Shown here: positions 60,390-64,000 of the stretch, piece after piece | How positions within the stretch are numbered: position 1 is the first letter of the stretch | How the letters are laid out: each line of letters begins with the position of its first letter | From: Nanobdellota archaeon | GTDB taxonomy: Archaea > Nanobdellota > Nanobdellia > Parvarchaeales > Parvarchaeaceae | NCBI GenBank assembly: GCA_021810345.1 | Contig: JAJZIX010000003.1 | Coordinates: 1,111-65,110, forward strand | Direction of reading: 5' to 3' | Length of the DNA stretch: 64,000 nt | Program-made: the position numbers and the translations under genes | The notes under the pieces: generated by a model | Seen by the model: the letters and a program-made list of their open reading frames with translations, nothing else | Databases searched by the model: none | Told to the model about the DNA's origin: nothing

Positions 60390-60896
60390 ATGGAATTAAA
60401 TAAGCAGACAGATGATTTTCCAGAAAGCTTCTATGCAATGGTTGAAATCCCAGCTGGCAGCAATTGCAAATATGAATACAAAGAGGACATGGAGGCGATA
60501 GTGCTTGACAGGGTCCTTTTCACCTCTATGGTCTATCCAGTCAATTACGGGTTTATACTGCAGACGAAGGGCAAGGACGGAGACCCTCTCGATGTCCTAG
60601 TTGTGTCCTCAGTTTCTATATCTCCAGGGATTTTGGTCAAATGCAGAGCAATTGGCATAGCAGAGATGAGTGATGAAGAAGGCGAAGACAATAAAGTCAT
60701 TGCCGTGCCAATAGACAAAGTGGATCCTGCCTCATCGGCAATCAAGACGTCCGATGACCTTACTCCCTACTTTAAGGACAAAATAAAACATTTCTTCGAG
60801 CACTACAAGGAACTTGAGAAGGGCAAATTCATGAAGTTCCACGGCTTTAAAGGGAAAGATGAAGCCCTCAAACAGATAAAGGAAGCCAGAGTTTAA
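60390..60896 (+). CDS. ppa: inorganic pyrophosphatase (family I)
   Basis: 168 aa. EIPAGSNCKYEY, DGDPLDVLV and the AVPID motif region are present. Confidence 0.95.
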   Translation: MELNKQTDDFPESFYAMVEIPAGSNCKYEYKEDMEAIVLDRVLFTSMVYPVNYGFILQTKGKDGDPLDVLVVSSVSISPGILVKCRAIGIAEMSDEEGEDNKVIAVPIDKVDPASSAIKTSDDLTPYFKDKIKHFFEHYKELEKGKFMKFHGFKGKDEALKQIKEARV

Positions 60897-60920
60897 CCAT
60901 TCTACTTCTGACTTGCACAA

Positions 60921-61361
60921 TCAGAAGTTGGAGCCTTCATTCTTGATGATTTTGGCCATGTCAATTACTGCGTCCTTAAGGTAGCCTCTTGCGATAGAGT
61001 CCTCTAAAACATCAATTGCGTTAAACTCATTTTTCCTTAGACCGCCTACCGACGCGAGCAGCCCCATAACCCCTGCAAGTGTCACGTACGGTAGATATGC
61101 GCCCAAAGCCGGGGCGTTATTGAATGCAATGTAATAACCGAGCATGGACGACGCAACGGCCGCAGTCAAAATACTATATTTCTTTGATGACTTGTCTTTG
61201 CCCGGGTTGTTTTGCAGATAGCGATTTTGCAGGTTTCTGAAAAGCCTTCTGTTTGCATCACTGCTCTCCTGGATATAGTTGACTACATTCTTGAGACTCT
61301 CATCTTTGCCTATGCTCTCCAGCTGCTCGTTAAACTTATCCAAAACTTCTTCTAATGACAT
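60921..61361 (-). CDS. hypothetical two-TM protein, tandem paralogue A
   Basis: 146 aa. Soluble N-terminal helical region, then two TM helices. Paralogous to 61427-61876. Confidence 0.55.
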   Translation of the reverse strand: MSLEEVLDKFNEQLESIGKDESLKNVVNYIQESSDANRRLFRNLQNRYLQNNPGKDKSSKKYSILTAAVASSMLGYYIAFNNAPALGAYLPYVTLAGVMGLLASVGGLRKNEFNAIDVLEDSIARGYLKDAVIDMAKIIKNEGSNF

Positions 61362-61426
61362 AAAATTAGATGAATATAACTAGTATATAAAGTTTTTCAC
61401 CCCTTTAAAGTCATTTTAAACTCTAT

Positions 61427-61876
61427 TTAAATATTTGTATTTTTATAGAACTTTAATAACCTTTCCTTCAGATTATCATTGGATAATATATAGGCAACTG
61501 CATCACGTATATAATTTTCCCTCCTTCTATCTATCAACTTGTCCACTCCCCAGAATGACAACATGGACAGGGTTATTGAACCGAGTGTCCCCAACAGTGA
61601 CAAGCCGCCTTGAATCACGTATGCACCAGCCAAAGAACCGAAGTAAACGCCAGTCGGCACGAAATAGATACGCCTGTTGGCATAAGCACGTAAACCCTTC
61701 TTCGCAGCATCGTAGGAGCTCTTTGTATATACACGTCCAAGATATGAGAGAAAGGATCTCATGGCATTTGAGTTTTCTTCCATGTAATTGACAATTGGCA
61801 GCATCTTCTCATCTTCTTTCAATCTGTCTAACCCTTTGTTAAGATCGCCTATGATGTTATCCAGTGTACTCTTCAT
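61427..61876 (-). CDS. hypothetical two-TM protein, tandem paralogue B
   Basis: 149 aa with the same architecture. Shares an [IV]VNY[IM][EQ]E[NS]S[DN]A[NM]R[RS][LF] block with paralogue A. Confidence 0.55.
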   Translation of the reverse strand: MKSTLDNIIGDLNKGLDRLKEDEKMLPIVNYMEENSNAMRSFLSYLGRVYTKSSYDAAKKGLRAYANRRIYFVPTGVYFGSLAGAYVIQGGLSLLGTLGSITLSMLSFWGVDKLIDRRRENYIRDAVAYILSNDNLKERLLKFYKNTNI

Positions 61877-61959
61877 AAATATATTAATCCAAATTAGAAT
61901 TTAAGTTTTTTGCAGTCGGAAAAACGTTAAATAGATTGGGTGCAATCATGTCAATTATC

Positions 61960-62032
61960 AGCCCCGTAGTCTAGTGGTCAAGGATAGCGCGCTCTGGACG
62001 CGTTGACATCGGTTCAAATCCGATCGGGGCTA
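61960..62032 (+). tRNA. tRNA-Gln (anticodon CTG)
   Basis: Acceptor AGCCCCG/CGGGGCT, anticodon stem GCGCG/CGCGT with loop CTCTGGA, T-arm ATCGG-TTCAAAT-CCGAT, discriminator A. The D-stem needs two G-U pairs. A TTAAATAG box lies at about -30. Confidence 0.75.
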
Positions 62033-62052
62033 CTTTTTATAAGAGATAATGT

Positions 62053-62619
62053 ATGATAGAAATAGAGTTAAAATTCAAGATAGAGGAAAACCAAATAAAT
62101 TCTATCTTGGAAAATCTACAAAGAATAGGATTCTCATTTGGTCATAGTAGATTTTATGAAAAAACAGTAATGTTTGATAATAAAGACAAGATAATGCAAA
62201 AAACAGATGGTAGGATAAGACTAAGAAGCTCAGGAGATTTGATTGAACTGGGGTACAAAAAACCTTTGACTAGGGAAGGTATAAAAAAAGAGATTGAATA
62301 TGAGGTTTCCGTTTCTGATTTTGAACTCACGGAGAAGATTCTTAAAGAAATGGGGTTCTACCCGACCACTAGTTATGAGAGGTATAGGACGCTATTAATA
62401 GATAATAATAAAACTAAGGTTACAATCGATGAATACCCCTTCGCAGTATTTATTGAGATTGAGGGAGAAGAAAATAAAATAATTGAAATCGCTTCGAAAC
62501 TTGATCTTAATCTAAAGAAAAATCTTACTGCTGCATGCGATACTCTCTTCCAGCAATGGAGAAAAGAAAGAGGTTTACCTTTTAAACCGCATATGAGATT
62601 TGAAGACTATGATAAATGA
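62053..62619 (+). CDS. CYTH-domain protein (triphosphate tunnel metalloenzyme / class IV adenylyl cyclase family)
   Basis: 188 aa starting MIEIELKFKI (the ExExK signature) with a conserved acidic and basic residue pattern. Confidence 0.7.
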   Translation: MIEIELKFKIEENQINSILENLQRIGFSFGHSRFYEKTVMFDNKDKIMQKTDGRIRLRSSGDLIELGYKKPLTREGIKKEIEYEVSVSDFELTEKILKEMGFYPTTSYERYRTLLIDNNKTKVTIDEYPFAVFIEIEGEENKIIEIASKLDLNLKKNLTAACDTLFQQWRKERGLPFKPHMRFEDYDK

Positions 62620-62623
62620 TAAG

Positions 62624-63427
62624 TCAGGGGTTTATCTTGTAATGCTTTATTCCGAGAATCCCATTATTATAAGATAGCTTAGATATGTAAAAACTATCCC
62701 TGTACTTTACGAGTATGCCTTCATCATCTGACACCAGCATTACACCTTCGTTGCCAAAGTTTATAAGATCTCCCTTATTTCTATTTCTTAGTTCACGCGC
62801 TATGTGCTCATAACTCAGCCCAGAACCACTTAGATTTATTAATGTAATCGGCTCATTTCCATTTTTTCTGTTAGACAATTCCGTGTAAACCTCATCAATA
62901 AGCTTGCTCTTGCTAGATCTTTCTTTCATTTCTGAAAACATCGGAAAATCTTCTAGTTTTCCATCAGAATACACTGTAGTTGGCAGGTAGCCTCCTACCT
63001 CGCGTGATAGCAGGGCAAATGATAGCCCATGATCTACATCTAATGAGCACGTTGCAGCAATTATCGGATCTGCGCAGCTACGCTCAAACAATCCCGATGT
63101 GCTGTTTATCTTATGAGCTATTTCGTGCATTATGAGCTTTCTTGCGTTTTCCTCTACTTTTATTACATCTTCGCGCGGCAATGGAACTTCGATATGCTTG
63201 TTACTTTTCCCAGAAGCAACACTATAAGTTTTCTTAAGTATACCGCGCGTTATATAGAATTTGTTCTCTTCCGGGACCCAATATGCTATATGTGATTTAT
63301 TCTTCTCTATTATTATGAAGTCTTCGCTTTTGATGTCGGAATGGGCTAGTAACCCATACTTATCATTGACCTTTAGGGAATCGATAAAATCACCAAGAAT
63401 CTTATCAAGCGTGTCACGGACCCTCAT
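62624..63427 (-). CDS. hypothetical protein with a HExxH motif (possible ImmA/IrrE-like metallopeptidase)
   Basis: 267 aa containing LIMHEIAHKINSTSGLFE. No N-terminal signal. Confidence 0.5.
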   Translation of the reverse strand: MRVRDTLDKILGDFIDSLKVNDKYGLLAHSDIKSEDFIIIEKNKSHIAYWVPEENKFYITRGILKKTYSVASGKSNKHIEVPLPREDVIKVEENARKLIMHEIAHKINSTSGLFERSCADPIIAATCSLDVDHGLSFALLSREVGGYLPTTVYSDGKLEDFPMFSEMKERSSKSKLIDEVYTELSNRKNGNEPITLINLSGSGLSYEHIARELRNRNKGDLINFGNEGVMLVSDDEGILVKYRDSFYISKLSYNNGILGIKHYKINP

Positions 63428-63592
63428 AACATTATGTATGAGGCAGTGGTATTATTAAAATGTAACATTCTATTGCTTGTTTCTTCAATACAACGAATAT
63501 GGCAGCTAACAACACAAAATTATACTTTTAGATCCCACTCTGCTAGCAACTTATTTATACAGATAGGTAATCATTTATAGATAAAAGGCAGT

Positions 63593-64000
63593 ATGAATCG
63601 ACCCCTACATAACCACGAAGAGAACATCGGCTTTTCTACAAGCTACATGGACCTCTCAAAGGATCCATTCAGCGATTTTTACACATACTCCGCGGGCAGA
63701 TGGATAGAAGAACACCCCGTGCCGCCGGACAAATCACGCTTTGGCTCATTCAACCAACTTGAGGACAAGAATGACGAGATCCTTAGAGAAATTGCTGAGG
63801 CCAGCTCAGGCAAAAGAAGTGGTGTAGAGAGGATGGTAAATGATATGTATGCCTCTTTCATGGACACAAAAACCATTGAAAACCTTAGGTTCAAACCGAT
63901 AGAAAACCTGATGAATGAGGCCGACCAGATCAAAGATCTGCAAGATCTTAACAGTTACATACAGAAAACAGGAAAGATAGGGATAAATCTTTTGTTCGAT
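63593..64000 (+). CDS. M13-family (neprilysin/PepO-like) metalloendopeptidase, partial; continues past the window end
   Basis: ATG at 63593. N-terminus DFYTYSAGRWIEEHPVPPDKSRFGSFNQL matches the M13 N-terminal domain. Absent from the ORF track because it is truncated by the window. Confidence 0.7.
   Translation, partial: MNRPLHNHEENIGFSTSYMDLSKDPFSDFYTYSAGRWIEEHPVPPDKSRFGSFNQLEDKNDEILREIAEASSGKRSGVERMVNDMYASFMDTKTIENLRFKPIENLMNEADQIKDLQDLNSYIQKTGKIGINLLFD

Noticed and set aside
1-64000. CRISPR arrays, rRNA genes, transposases, integrases or prophage genes
   Set aside because: Scanning found no regularly spaced direct repeats, no rRNA-like GC-rich structured regions and no DDE or tyrosine-recombinase-like ORFs.

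Overview
This 64-kb window is an archaeal chromosomal segment. The evidence is archaeal-only ribosomal proteins (S8e, S28e, L7Ae, L24e), RtcB with archease, MCM, aIF-2beta, aIF-1A, an A-type ATPase operon, and RNA polymerase subunit D with S13/S4/S11. GC content looks moderate. Most of the window is housekeeping: the nuoJKLM tail of complex I, the rtcB-archease-thiI tRNA-processing cluster, membrane-bound LonB, ADP-forming acetyl-CoA synthetase, atpKECFABDHI, ATP-dependent DNA ligase, mcm, ppa, DNA glycosylases (ogg, alkA, an MGMT-like gene), and three tRNAs (Ser-TGA, Met-CAT, Gln-CTG). The main accessory content is a roughly 16-kb minus-strand operon at 19898-36144. It encodes five secreted proteins rich in Ser, Thr and Asn: 846 aa, about 268 aa, about 186 aa, about 1149 aa, and a 2943-aa giant. 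At least two carry clear archaeal class III (prepilin-like) signal peptides, KRG|Q followed by a hydrophobic stretch. A second, smaller locus of three class-III or signal-anchored secreted proteins lies at 47761-50874; its first gene product has a LamG-like jelly-roll domain. A further small secreted gene sits directly downstream of rpoD at 56840-57307. No pilus or archaellum assembly ATPase, platform protein or prepilin peptidase is encoded in the window. A conserved motif of about 33 nt lies just upstream of the TATA elements of both the surface operon and the adjacent 217-aa gene. The genome uses tight 'stop-N-ATG' gene junctions repeatedly. Hypothetical genes include two HExxH metallopeptidase-like proteins, a membrane-anchored Hjc-like PD-(D/E)xK protein, and a tandem pair of small two-TM paralogs. 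No CRISPR arrays, rRNA genes, integrases or transposases were found.
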